A stretch of DNA of 64,000 nt from a virus. The stretch lies in IMG/VR virus record IMGVR_UViG_3300023700_000001; one strand, written 5' to 3'. Shown piece after piece: positions 7,745 to 15,551 of the stretch. The position numbers and the translations under genes are program-made. The notes under the pieces are model-generated. The model had not been told where the DNA came from. It saw only the letters and a program-made list of their open reading frames with translations, and made no database searches. Each line of letters begins with the position of its first letter. Positions within the stretch are counted from its first letter, which is position 1.

Positions 7745-8198
7745 TATTCCTGCAGGTTATCAGTTGCACGTCACCACTTGGGAGAACGATGCTGATGCAT
7801 ATCAGACAAAGATCCTGAATGGTCTTGGCATCAACGATGTCACATTCCTCGTGGCTCTCGCCAAGCAATTTAAGTCACGCAATAGTAGCAATGGTCTTGG
7901 TAATGGAGCAACCACTCGTGATGAGTTGATTGCTGCTATTACATCTGCTCTGACAGTATGCAAACCAAACCAGAAACTCCAAGATCAGATCGATGCTTTC
8001 TATACAATCAAAGATGAGGAAGACGAAGATGACACCAATGGATTCTATGTCTATGAATGGCTGACTGAGACGCTGCTGGGCTATCCAGTGGAAGAATTCT
8101 ATCGCTATGACTACGAACGATTCTGTCGAGTCTATTCAAGCCATGAAGTGTTCTTGATTCCATTGGAGTGCATTAACGTATCGGAGCAATTCCAGTGA
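7737..8198 (+). CDS. hypothetical protein
   Basis: Track ORF trimmed to the ATG at 7737 (8-nt overlap). Confidence 0.6.
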   Translation: MSNIPAGYQLHVTTWENDADAYQTKILNGLGINDVTFLVALAKQFKSRNSSNGLGNGATTRDELIAAITSALTVCKPNQKLQDQIDAFYTIKDEEDEDDTNGFYVYEWLTETLLGYPVEEFYRYDYERFCRVYSSHEVFLIPLECINVSEQFQ

Positions 8199-8503
8199 CC
8201 AAGCAACAATTCATAGACCACTACGTGTGCACGTTTCTGGCTAGCTACATGGCTGGGAACTATGAACGTGACTGCGCTGAAGGTCATCCAAACGAACCAT
8301 ACGACCACCAACCAGTCGAGGATGCTCGGTTCTGCGCTGAACGTGCTTGGAAGCAATACTACGATCCATACGCTATCGGGCAGAAGCTATTCGACGATGG
8401 CAAGGGTCTGAGCGACGTTATCGGTGCAGTCGAGAAAGAGGACTGGGACGAGTGTCGTAAGGGCTACGAAGAGCAAGCACAACGTAGGTCTTACTACGAC
8501 TAA
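8195..8503 (+). CDS. hypothetical protein
   Basis: ORF track. GTG start overlapping the upstream TGA. Confidence 0.55.
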   Translation: MTKQQFIDHYVCTFLASYMAGNYERDCAEGHPNEPYDHQPVEDARFCAERAWKQYYDPYAIGQKLFDDGKGLSDVIGAVEKEDWDECRKGYEEQAQRRSYYD

Positions 8504-8533
8504 AAGTAAACCGAAAGTATTACTTTTTATTTG
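8502..8533 (+). terminator. weak AT-rich hairpin / terminator
   Basis: AAAAGTAA, 10-nt loop, TTACTTTT, then a T-rich tail. Sits just upstream of a promoter. Confidence 0.35.
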
Positions 8534-8554
8534 AGGGTTATTAGCAGAAAGTTG

Positions 8555-8582
8555 TTGTCTTTCTCGTGGATTGGTGTATAAT
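8555..8582 (+). promoter_or_regulatory. sigma70-type early promoter
   Basis: TTGTCT, 16-nt spacer, TATAAT. Upstream box GAGGGTTATTAGCAGAAAGTTG is nearly identical to the one at 5393. Confidence 0.7.
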
Positions 8583-8608
8583 AGATTCATCTGATAAGGA
8601 AGAACGAA

Positions 8609-8884
8609 ATGCGAAACCCTCTTGACTACATCCCCCACTTGATCCTTGGCTGCATTATCGCTATGCCTCTGCTGCTCGTGGTGTGTGCTATTGATCAAGG
8701 TTTTGGTAGCGATAAAGTCTTGGATACGTTCGAAGGTCAGAAATCAGTTTGTACTCATTATCAGTATAATAACTCCCTGAAGCAAACCCAATGTATGGGC
8801 TACAAGTCAGTGCCAGCTACCTGTAAGAAGGTTGAACACACTGGTCCAGTCTTCGGTACATTCACTAACACCCGTTGCGAGTAA
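8609..8884 (+). CDS. membrane/secreted Cys-containing protein
   Basis: ORF track. N-terminal hydrophobic segment. AAGGAAG upstream. Confidence 0.6.
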   Translation: MRNPLDYIPHLILGCIIAMPLLLVVCAIDQGFGSDKVLDTFEGQKSVCTHYQYNNSLKQTQCMGYKSVPATCKKVEHTGPVFGTFTNTRCE

Positions 8885-8886
8885 TC

Positions 8887-9114
8887 ATGGATATCTTCAA
8901 AATTAAATCAAACCTCGAGAATACGATCGCTGGCAAGGAGATGTTTCTTGTTTCGGAACGAGAAAAGCTAAACTCCGAAGATGCCCACGAACGTATGGTA
9001 GCGTATATTGTAGTAAAGATGTTGGATGTCAACATTGACGAACTCAAGCGTATCCTCGCTGACGTGGAAGTGGTTGCCAACAAGACAATTAATGAGATCT
9101 ATCGCCATGGTTAA
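8887..9114 (+). CDS. hypothetical protein
   Basis: Track ORF trimmed to the ATG at 8887, just after the upstream stop. Confidence 0.6.
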   Translation: MDIFKIKSNLENTIAGKEMFLVSEREKLNSEDAHERMVAYIVVKMLDVNIDELKRILADVEVVANKTINEIYRHG

Positions 9115-9304
9115 ACTACGATATTTCACTATCCAAAATAGAGTCACAGCTGAGACGGTGAAGGAATATGCCAGAGCCAATGATCTGTCGCTCATGGACG
9201 CCAAGCGACGACTGGAGAACAAGTCGTCCACTAATCTACAATACTGGGATGGTCATCTGATGGAATGGGTCACTGTACCTTACGTTACGGAGTATAGAGA
9301 ATGA
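9107..9304 (+). CDS. hypothetical protein
   Basis: Track ORF 9026..9304 trimmed to the ATG at 9107 (8-nt overlap). Confidence 0.5.
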   Translation: MVKLRYFTIQNRVTAETVKEYARANDLSLMDAKRRLENKSSTNLQYWDGHLMEWVTVPYVTEYRE

Positions 9305-9486
9305 ACGAACGAATTGAACAACTTGCTCTACAGGCATCTGAAAATTATGACTATCATCCAGAATTTGCAAAAAAGTTCGCCGAGTTGATTGTTCGAGAAT
9401 GTGCCAGTGCTGTAAATTCAAGGGATGATTCTGACACTGGCTTCTGGGCTAACATTATCAAAGAACATTTCGGAGTTGACGAATGA
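9301..9486 (+). CDS. small paralog family member
   Basis: MNERIEQL, KFAELIVREC and IKEHFGVDE motifs. Confidence 0.7.
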   Translation: MNERIEQLALQASENYDYHPEFAKKFAELIVRECASAVNSRDDSDTGFWANIIKEHFGVDE

Positions 9487-9644
9487 AAGATATTACAATT
9501 GAACAATACTGCGATGGCTGGTCTGTTGAAGTAGATGGGAAGCGTTTCCGTTGGGATCATAACGACGAAGATATGGGAACAGAAGGCATCAAGAAGCTAC
9601 TGGAACATCTTGGTCACACAGTCACAGTCGAGGAGTGTTACTAA
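9483..9644 (+). CDS. small protein, 53 aa
   Basis: ATGA overlap at both ends of the chain. Translated by hand. Replaces the implausible track ORF 9535..9723. Confidence 0.5.
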   Translation: MKDITIEQYCDGWSVEVDGKRFRWDHNDEDMGTEGIKKLLEHLGHTVTVEECY

Positions 9645-9829
9645 TGATTTGGCAAGACGTACTACTACTCTTCATTGCATCAGTGGCTGTTACACGATGG
9701 ATGTACTGCACTGGTTACACTGAAGGCTACCAACGAGCAAAGTTTGATATCAGACAGGAAGAGATCCGCAAGTCTGGTAAGTATTTTATAACGCAAAACG
9801 GTACACTGATGCCACTGGACCCACGATGA
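9644..9829 (+). CDS. small membrane protein
   Basis: Track ORF trimmed to the ATG at 9644 (TAATG overlap). N-terminal TM segment. Confidence 0.55.
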   Translation: MIWQDVLLLFIASVAVTRWMYCTGYTEGYQRAKFDIRQEEIRKSGKYFITQNGTLMPLDPR

Positions 9830-10032
9830 TTTGCACTGAATGTAAACAAGACGAAGACTGCCGACCATATGGACATAATGGAGCATACATCTGCTTTGAG
9901 TGTGCCATGAAGGACGAAGAACGGACTAATCGAAACTTTCTGGCTCAACTGGAAGCTGCTGCCAAACAATCAAGTACAGTCATTATCGGTGAGGAAACTG
10001 GTCCACGACCAATGAATGGAGTAACACAATGA
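9826..10032 (+). CDS. zinc-ribbon-like protein
   Basis: C-x2-C ... C-x2-C. ATGA overlap. Confidence 0.6.
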   Translation: MICTECKQDEDCRPYGHNGAYICFECAMKDEERTNRNFLAQLEAAAKQSSTVIIGEETGPRPMNGVTQ

Positions 10033-10208
10033 AAGTAGCATACGCTGTAGATATGATTGATCCACATTGTCCTTCTGAACGAATCGACTGTGGCCTATTT
10101 GAAACCCTCGAGAAAGCTGGTAAGTTTATCGAGAAGGAACGAGTCCATTATTCTGATCGTATGGAATGGGAAGTCACTGAACACATTTATCATGGTGGTG
10201 AAGAATGA
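10029..10208 (+). CDS. small protein, 59 aa
   Basis: ATGA overlaps on both sides. Translated by hand. Confidence 0.5.
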   Translation: MKVAYAVDMIDPHCPSERIDCGLFETLEKAGKFIEKERVHYSDRMEWEVTEHIYHGGEE

Positions 10209-10396
10209 ATGCTCGACTTCGAGAACTTGAGTCACAGTGCTGGGAAGCTAAACCGTATGGTCCACCATGGTTCGATTCTAAGAAGTTCGCCAAGTTGCTT
10301 ATCTCGGACGTTCTAATCATCTGTGAAAATGCAGGTGATGCTGGTCTAGATGGACACCACTGCGCTGATGAGATTGTAAGGAAATACGAATGCTAA
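10205..10396 (+). CDS. small paralog family member (divergent)
   Basis: MNARLRELESQ and KFAKLLISDV motifs. Lacks the HFGVEE end. Confidence 0.55.
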   Translation: MNARLRELESQCWEAKPYGPPWFDSKKFAKLLISDVLIICENAGDAGLDGHHCADEIVRKYEC

Positions 10397-10512
10397 CTAA
10401 AATTTTACTGGACAAGGACGATCGAATGCTACGTATCGGCTTCGGTAAGAATCGGGGTAACTGGTTCGCTCGAATCGATCTGTGGTGCGTTGGATATAGG
10501 ATTTCAAAATGA
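10390..10512 (+). CDS. micro-ORF, 40 aa
   Basis: Fills the gap between two genes with overlaps on both sides (ATGCTAA / ATGA). Confidence 0.35.
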   Translation: MLTKILLDKDDRMLRIGFGKNRGNWFARIDLWCVGYRISK

Positions 10513-10748
10513 ACGAACGAATTCAACAACTTTACCAACAGGCGCATGAACCACAACCTCCGACTAGAGGAACAGGAACGCTAACTAAAGACATTTTATG
10601 GGAGCAACCTAATAAGTTCAATCCTGAAAAGTTCGTCGAGTTGATCATCCAAGAGTGTAGTGTGGCATTGAATCCTATGCTACGTGATATGGTCTCTCGT
10701 GGTCGTGCAGTTGAATTGATTAAACAACACTTTGGAGTGGACCAATGA
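10509..10748 (+). CDS. small paralog family member
   Basis: MNERIQQL, KFVELIIQEC and IKQHFGVDQ motifs. Confidence 0.7.
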   Translation: MNERIQQLYQQAHEPQPPTRGTGTLTKDILWEQPNKFNPEKFVELIIQECSVALNPMLRDMVSRGRAVELIKQHFGVDQ

Positions 10749-10969
10749 CCTGCAAACATACTAGCATGGATGAACCGACGATGACGTGGGAAGAGACAAC
10801 TGAAGAACTAAGCCAGATCCAGCAGGCATTCGTCTCTCTACATAATACAGGTGAAAAGAACTGGACTCCCGAAGAGAGACAACTGGCATATCAACTAAGA
10901 AAACGATGCGTGGAACTGGGAGAATATCGATATTCTCTATTAAGGAAGAAAAATGGACCAAATAACTGA
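10745..10969 (+). CDS. hypothetical protein
   Basis: ORF track; ATGA overlap. Confidence 0.6.
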   Translation: MTCKHTSMDEPTMTWEETTEELSQIQQAFVSLHNTGEKNWTPEERQLAYQLRKRCVELGEYRYSLLRKKNGPNN

Positions 10970-11180
10970 ATTATTCATCCGTCTAAAGCAGGTGGAGATT
11001 GCACTCGATCTAGTCGTACTATCTCTACCAGATAGTGAACAACTGGCAACTCTAAAGGTTAAGGCAGAACGTCGCCAAGATCGAGTGAAAGCAGAGAACG
11101 AAGCATCAAAAGAATATCTCAATCTAAAGAGTCGCCTGCAAGAACTAGAGAACGACTATCCATCACTGAAGAAGCTATGA
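10953..11180 (+). CDS. hypothetical coiled-coil protein
   Basis: ORF track. Confidence 0.55.
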   Translation: MDQITELFIRLKQVEIALDLVVLSLPDSEQLATLKVKAERRQDRVKAENEASKEYLNLKSRLQELENDYPSLKKL

Positions 11181-11347
11181 CTCTAGAGAATGCACTAAAG
11201 ATTAAAGAACTGCTACAAGAGCTAGTGCCAGATCCAACTATCGACTTCGGTCCAGCCTATGAAGGAACCAAGCAACGACAGAAGGAAGCAATACAGATCC
11301 TGAACGCAGAGATTCGATGGATGAAAGCACTAAGGAAGAAAGCATGA
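11177..11347 (+). CDS. small protein, 56 aa
   Basis: ATGA overlaps on both sides. Translated by hand. Confidence 0.5.
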   Translation: MTLENALKIKELLQELVPDPTIDFGPAYEGTKQRQKEAIQILNAEIRWMKALRKKA

Positions 11348-11505
11348 CAAACTACCAAGTATATTATCTCGCCAATGCAGAAGGCATCCACGCTGGTCCA
11401 TTCCGCACAGTTGAAGCTGCAGTCGAGGGAAAGAAAAAGTTTCACCCGTTGTATGCTACACTATTAAAGGTAGTCAAGGGTAACATCCAAGTGGAGCCAG
11501 TATGA
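11344..11505 (+). CDS. small protein, 53 aa
   Basis: Track ORF 11317..11505 trimmed to the ATG at 11344 (ATGA overlap). Confidence 0.5.
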   Translation: MTNYQVYYLANAEGIHAGPFRTVEAAVEGKKKFHPLYATLLKVVKGNIQVEPV

Positions 11506-11810
11506 ACAAACGAATTCAAGAACTTGCTATGCAGGCATTTATTGCTGATAGCGTGGAGCGTAATCCAAGATATAAGAGATCGGAAAATACTAATATCATT
11601 ATGAAAGACTTGGCAGGGTTTAACAAAAAGTTCGCCGAGTTGATTGTCAAAGAGTGTATGGGTTGCTGTGGTCAAGTTGCTGAGGATGCACATAAGCTAA
11701 AGAGCAGTTCTTTCCTAACTCAAGACGGTAAGCAGTTGTATAATGGTGTTTGGGGTGGAGCTATGAATTGTGGTTCTGCTATTGCGAATCATTTTGGAGT
11801 TGAAAAATGA
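11502..11810 (+). CDS. small paralog family member
   Basis: MNKRIQEL, KFAELIVKEC and NHFGVEK motifs. Longest member (102 aa). Confidence 0.7.
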   Translation: MNKRIQELAMQAFIADSVERNPRYKRSENTNIIMKDLAGFNKKFAELIVKECMGCCGQVAEDAHKLKSSSFLTQDGKQLYNGVWGGAMNCGSAIANHFGVEK

Positions 11811-12010
11811 GTGAACGAATTAAAGAACTTGCTGGGCAAACTGGCATTATTGATGTAGAACTCTTGAATGATTCGCAGAGCAAGATGCTGGAAAAGTTTG
11901 CCGAGTTGATTGTTTGGGAATGTATGGAAATCAACTCAACATTATTGGGCCATAATACTTGTAAAAACTTGCACAACTTGTATAAAGAACATTTCGGGGT
12001 TAAAGAATGA
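11807..12010 (+). CDS. small paralog family member
   Basis: MSERIKEL, KFAELIVWEC and KEHFGVKE motifs. Confidence 0.7.
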   Translation: MSERIKELAGQTGIIDVELLNDSQSKMLEKFAELIVWECMEINSTLLGHNTCKNLHNLYKEHFGVKE

Positions 12011-12291
12011 ACGCACGAATCAAAGAACTTTACAACCAATCTGGTGGACTTGTTCGTATGTATGATGGGAAATTGACCTACTTTCCTGCTTATCAGAAGA
12101 ATGTCGGTGATGGTAATTTTGAATTCAGTTCATTTGATCCAGAAAAGTTCGCAGAGTTACTTATTAAGGAATGTGTCGGTATTTGCCTAGATCGACACCA
12201 TACTTGGAGATGGGATAATGAACCTGATTCGTCCAGCGGTCCAAGAGATTGTGCTCAGTCGATCAAAGAACACTTTGGAGTTGAAGAATGA
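12007..12291 (+). CDS. small paralog family member
   Basis: MNARIKEL, KFAELLIKEC and IKEHFGVEE motifs. Confidence 0.7.
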   Translation: MNARIKELYNQSGGLVRMYDGKLTYFPAYQKNVGDGNFEFSSFDPEKFAELLIKECVGICLDRHHTWRWDNEPDSSSGPRDCAQSIKEHFGVEE

Positions 12292-12503
12292 ACAAACGAA
12301 TTCAACAACTTGCTGAACAATGCGTGGCCCGTAAGTTTTATGTTGACCACGCCAGCGAAGAATTTGATTACAAAAAGTTCGCCGAGTTGATGGTCAGGGA
12401 ATGTATGGAGCAGGTTTGGTATACTCGTGAAGATGGTATCAATGGCAATGTTTCTCAAGTTATCAAGGACAGGATTAAACAACATTTCGGAGTTGAAGAA
12501 TGA
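12288..12503 (+). CDS. small paralog family member
   Basis: MNKRIQQL, KFAELMVREC and IKQHFGVEE motifs. Confidence 0.7.
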   Translation: MNKRIQQLAEQCVARKFYVDHASEEFDYKKFAELMVRECMEQVWYTREDGINGNVSQVIKDRIKQHFGVEE

Positions 12504-12733
12504 ACGAACGAATTAAAAAACTCTTGTTACAGGCAAACATCTATGATGGCAGAGAATCAATGTATTGGTGCGAAGAAAAGAATTTGGTCGAGTTCGCCGA
12601 GTTGATTGTGAGAGAATGTATCGGATGTTGTGAACAAGTTATTAGTGATCCTGTTCCTAAATCAGTTGATACTTTTGAACAAGGTGGCATTCATTGTATG
12701 AATGAGATTAAACAGCACTTTGGAGTTGAATGA
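12500..12733 (+). CDS. small paralog family member
   Basis: MNERIKKL, EFAELIVREC and IKQHFGVE motifs. Confidence 0.7.
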   Translation: MNERIKKLLLQANIYDGRESMYWCEEKNLVEFAELIVRECIGCCEQVISDPVPKSVDTFEQGGIHCMNEIKQHFGVE

Positions 12734-13002
12734 TGAACGAACGAATTAAACAGTTAGCAACGGAAGTTGGCATCAGTGTTGAATATCTAAACAATACCAA
12801 GCAGTGGGCATTGATTGAAGCATTGGCTGAACGAATTGTGGACGATTGTATTGAAGTTTGTAAAAGCCGTGTAGGTAACAGCGATTACAATACTGGCAGG
12901 CTACATTGTGTTAGTGATATACGAGAACGATTTGAATTTGGGATGACCACGGAAGATAAAAAGACCCTAATCAAAGAATTACTAGGAGTAAAGAATGACT
13001 AA
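12730..13002 (+). CDS. small paralog family member (extended C-terminus)
   Basis: MMNERIKQL, LAERIVDDC and IRERFEFG motifs, plus an extra tail ending LLGVKND. Confidence 0.65.
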   Translation: MMNERIKQLATEVGISVEYLNNTKQWALIEALAERIVDDCIEVCKSRVGNSDYNTGRLHCVSDIRERFEFGMTTEDKKTLIKELLGVKND

Positions 13003-13201
13003 ACTATTAGAAAGTCTGGCTGTAAAAAGTCTTGTAGAACACAATGGCGAGTTGATTTTTAGCAAAGAACTCTATGCGGCCCTAGTTATCAAAGAATGTA
13101 TTGATGTGATTGATACCACCCACGGCAGTAAGAAACTGTTGCGGCCAGAACCATATCAACAGATTGTAGATAATATTCAAGAACACTTCGGAGTTGAATG
13201 A
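12995..13201 (+). CDS. small paralog family member
   Basis: ALVIKEC and IQEHFGVE motifs. The N-terminal motif is degenerate. Confidence 0.65.
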   Translation: MTKLLESLAVKSLVEHNGELIFSKELYAALVIKECIDVIDTTHGSKKLLRPEPYQQIVDNIQEHFGVE

Positions 13202-13359
13202 TGAAACTAACTGAAGAACACAAAGAATACCTAATTGCTCTAAGAGACAGTGGAGTAACTAATATGTGGGGTGCTGGTCCATATCTCGAAGCCCAATTCG
13301 ATCTGACTCGAGCAGAAGCCAATATCGTTCTAATAGAGTGGATCAAGTCGTTCAAATGA
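13198..13359 (+). CDS. small protein, 53 aa (DUF5049-like)
   Basis: ATGA overlap. LIALRDSGVTNMWGAGPYL...EANIVLIEW recalls DUF5049 (from memory). Confidence 0.5.
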   Translation: MMKLTEEHKEYLIALRDSGVTNMWGAGPYLEAQFDLTRAEANIVLIEWIKSFK

Positions 13360-13487
13360 TATACTTACTCTTTGCAATACTAATAATCCCTCTCTGCGCC
13401 ATAGCCGTCTGGTTCGTATTGGCTAATAAGGCATCAGATGAACGATACGAGAAAGAACTGGATAGGATCTATGGGAGAAAGCGATGA
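13356..13487 (+). CDS. small membrane protein, 43 aa
   Basis: Track ORF 13266..13487 trimmed to the ATG at 13356 (ATGA overlap). One TM segment. Confidence 0.45.
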   Translation: MIYLLFAILIIPLCAIAVWFVLANKASDERYEKELDRIYGRKR

Positions 13488-13780
13488 TCGACTACCACCA
13501 AGCCATACTAGAGATGCATAAGGGAAACGTAGTCCAATACATCGGCACTATCAATGGACCAGTCTGGAGGAAAGGATTCTCCTTCTGTATGCAACGTGGA
13601 GTGATATTCGTCTATAATCCAGAACGTATCTCTTATAAGACATGTGGTCATATGGTGTATGATCCAGACTTTCGCTATGAATTAACTGGAGAAATGGTAG
13701 ATCCAAGAAGCTGGCCAACCCATCCAGAGAGTAATAAACCAACCAGTGGCTATGCACGAATAGGAGCAAACAACGTATGA
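13484..13780 (+). CDS. hypothetical protein
   Basis: ORF track; ATGA overlap. Confidence 0.6.
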   Translation: MIDYHQAILEMHKGNVVQYIGTINGPVWRKGFSFCMQRGVIFVYNPERISYKTCGHMVYDPDFRYELTGEMVDPRSWPTHPESNKPTSGYARIGANNV

Positions 13781-13977
13781 CCGATGATTACCTAAGAGAT
13801 AATCCAGCTCTTGAGTCTAGTCTCTGGTCAGAGTGGGTCTGCGTAGTATGTGGATGGGATAAGATACCGAATCCAACCCAAGAGGAATGGACTCGTCTAA
13901 GAGCTAACTTCTATCATGGGAAAGCGCCAATAGAATCAGTGGCTGAACTAAAGAAAATGAGGAATAACAATGGATAA
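13777..13977 (+). CDS. hypothetical protein
   Basis: ORF track; ATGA overlap. Confidence 0.6.
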   Translation: MTDDYLRDNPALESSLWSEWVCVVCGWDKIPNPTQEEWTRLRANFYHGKAPIESVAELKKMRNNNG

Positions 13978-14170
13978 ACTAGATGAATGGCGTTATGTAA
14001 ATGCTTATAATCGTCTGTCCGATACCGCTATTGACGAGATCGATGCAGCTGTATTCTCTGGTGATATGTTTATGTTAGAGAAGAATCGAATCGAGTTTAG
14101 AACTATGATGGATCGCTGGGAGAGCAAACTAATCCAATTAGAGCAGATACAGAGAGAATCCAATGATTGA
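13970..14170 (+). CDS. hypothetical protein
   Basis: ORF track; 8-nt overlap. Confidence 0.6.
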   Translation: MDKLDEWRYVNAYNRLSDTAIDEIDAAVFSGDMFMLEKNRIEFRTMMDRWESKLIQLEQIQRESND

Positions 14171-14279
14171 CTATCCTCATCCATATTGGTTCACCCAGTA
14201 CCGTAGACAATACTCTGCGTATATGGCAGAAGCAATTAGAGAAGGTAGACCGTTCTCTCAATGGAGATGCAATGAGTGA
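14163..14279 (+). CDS. small protein, 38 aa (coding assignment ambiguous)
   Basis: ATG with the usual 8-nt overlap (ATGATTGA). Preferred over the TTG-initiated track ORF 14167..14427 for this stretch. Confidence 0.4.
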   Translation: MIDYPHPYWFTQYRRQYSAYMAEAIREGRPFSQWRCNE

Positions 14280-14427
14280 CAGAAAGAACAGAGACAAAGG
14301 TATAAAGAATACAAGGAAGAAGCTCTGGGTATGTGGCTGTTGGAGATGCACCGATGGGAAGACTAAGAAACGACTACTAACAGAGAGAGTAGAGAGGAAG
14401 AAACAAGATGACAATGAACCTACGTGA
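14272..14427 (+). CDS. small basic protein, 51 aa (coding assignment ambiguous)
   Basis: ATG at 14272 overlaps the TGA of 14163..14279 (ATGAGTGA). Same frame as track ORF 14167..14427. Confidence 0.35.
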   Translation: MSDRKNRDKGIKNTRKKLWVCGCWRCTDGKTKKRLLTERVERKKQDDNEPT

Positions 14428-14644
14428 TCCAAACTCCGAGAAGAAACGAGAGTACAGAGAGAAACAAGGCTGGTCGGACTATAAGCAATTCAGTGCTCAG
14501 CAAGATACCAATGGTCGCACATGGGTAGAGGATGATAACTTTACCTATGATGCAAGGATGTATATCGATGGAGACTTCTCTAGCGATGCCGAGAAGCTAG
14601 AGTATGCAGAGAGTGTGGCAATGGCGTTGAATGCTGCTATTTAA
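14408..14644 (+). CDS. hypothetical protein
   Basis: ORF track. GAGAGGAAG upstream. Confidence 0.6.
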   Translation: MTMNLRDPNSEKKREYREKQGWSDYKQFSAQQDTNGRTWVEDDNFTYDARMYIDGDFSSDAEKLEYAESVAMALNAAI

Positions 14645-14655
14645 AAGAAAATGAA

Positions 14656-15099
14656 ATGATACTGGAAGACACAATCACTCGAGAGAAGAACTGGAAAGAA
14701 AAACAAGAAAAAATTCTAATCCAGATGAAGCAAACCAATGCTCCAAGAGAACTAATCGAACAACAAGAACTAAGAGTAAGTATGACTCGAGCAGAATATT
14801 CAGCTTACCTAGAAGAATCAACCAAGCAATTCGATATAGAGAAGGCAGAGTACTATAAGAACAATCCAATGCGTAAGGACGTGTACGATGCTCTATATGC
14901 TAAGACAGAGATTCTTCAGTACGAAAGAATTGCAGTATCCAGTGCCGTTCGATTCTTGATTCTATTAGACCCAGAGTCAATGATGACCGAGAGAGATTAT
15001 TACTATGGAGTCTACGATGATATCATTAGCCATTGCTGGGAGTTATATCAAGAAGAATGGAGTGAGGAATACGAGAGAGACACAGCCCAGCTGCATTGA
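14656..15099 (+). CDS. hypothetical protein
   Basis: ORF track. Confidence 0.65.
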   Translation: MILEDTITREKNWKEKQEKILIQMKQTNAPRELIEQQELRVSMTRAEYSAYLEESTKQFDIEKAEYYKNNPMRKDVYDALYAKTEILQYERIAVSSAVRFLILLDPESMMTERDYYYGVYDDIISHCWELYQEEWSEEYERDTAQLH

Positions 15100-15179
15100 T
15101 GCTTATATAGGCAGTGTCTAGGATGTGGTGGACGAGCACGGCTAAATAGGGTGATTCAGTGTTAATAAGCTAAAAGTAT

Positions 15180-15467
15180 ATGGCATATAAAGAAAAAGAC
15201 TGCAAGAAATGTGGCGTCAAGCATAAAAAGCGCGGGGAATATTGCAGTCGCAGCTGTGGTAATGGTCGTGTGTGGACTGATGCTATGCGTGAAGTGTTTC
15301 GCCAGAAGCAAACTGAGTTCATTACTGGTGATTCCGACACTGCCGAAGAAGCCCGATGGCGTATCAACAACCACGAAGAGCCTGAGCCAGTCGCACCTAT
15401 ACGTACACAGAATAACTTAGAAGTCAACCAATTCGTGCAAGATGGTGATCTATGGTCTGAAGTATAG
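15180..15467 (+). CDS. zinc-ribbon-like protein
   Basis: N-terminal C-x2-C ... C-x3-C. Confidence 0.6.
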   Translation: MAYKEKDCKKCGVKHKKRGEYCSRSCGNGRVWTDAMREVFRQKQTEFITGDSDTAEEARWRINNHEEPEPVAPIRTQNNLEVNQFVQDGDLWSEV

Positions 15468-15490
15468 CGGACTATAGTTGCAAAAAAGAG

Positions 15491-15519
15491 TTGACTAACA
15501 GTTGACTTTATGGTATACT
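15491..15519 (+). promoter_or_regulatory. strong sigma70-type promoter
   Basis: TTGACT, 17-nt spacer, TATACT. A second TTGACT lies at 15502. Confidence 0.7.
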
Positions 15520-15551
15520 CACTGTGTGAGTGGATGATAAGGACTGGACTG

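Larger units (their letters stand above)
11502..13201 (+). repeat. uninterrupted tandem array of 7 paralogous genes with conserved junctions
   Basis: Each junction reads CAyTTyGGAGTTGAAGAATGAACGAACGAATTmAA: the C-terminus of one gene, a GGAG SD, an ATGA overlap and the N-terminus of the next gene. Confidence 0.8.

Noticed and set aside
9535-9723. 62-aa + strand track ORF
   Set aside because: It is out of phase with the stop-start coupled pair 9483..9644 and 9644..9829, which tile the region without gaps. Its sequence is Ser/Thr/Arg-rich.
10262-10285. GGTTCGATTC resembling a tRNA T-loop
   Set aside because: There is no flanking acceptor or anticodon arm, and it lies inside a paralog-family ORF. 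The only genuine T-arm in the window is that of the tmRNA.
11502-13201. Regularly spaced conserved ~45-nt elements as a possible CRISPR-like array
   Set aside because: Spacing is 200-310 nt and the intervening segments are coding. The repeats are the conserved termini and junctions of paralogous genes and are not palindromic.
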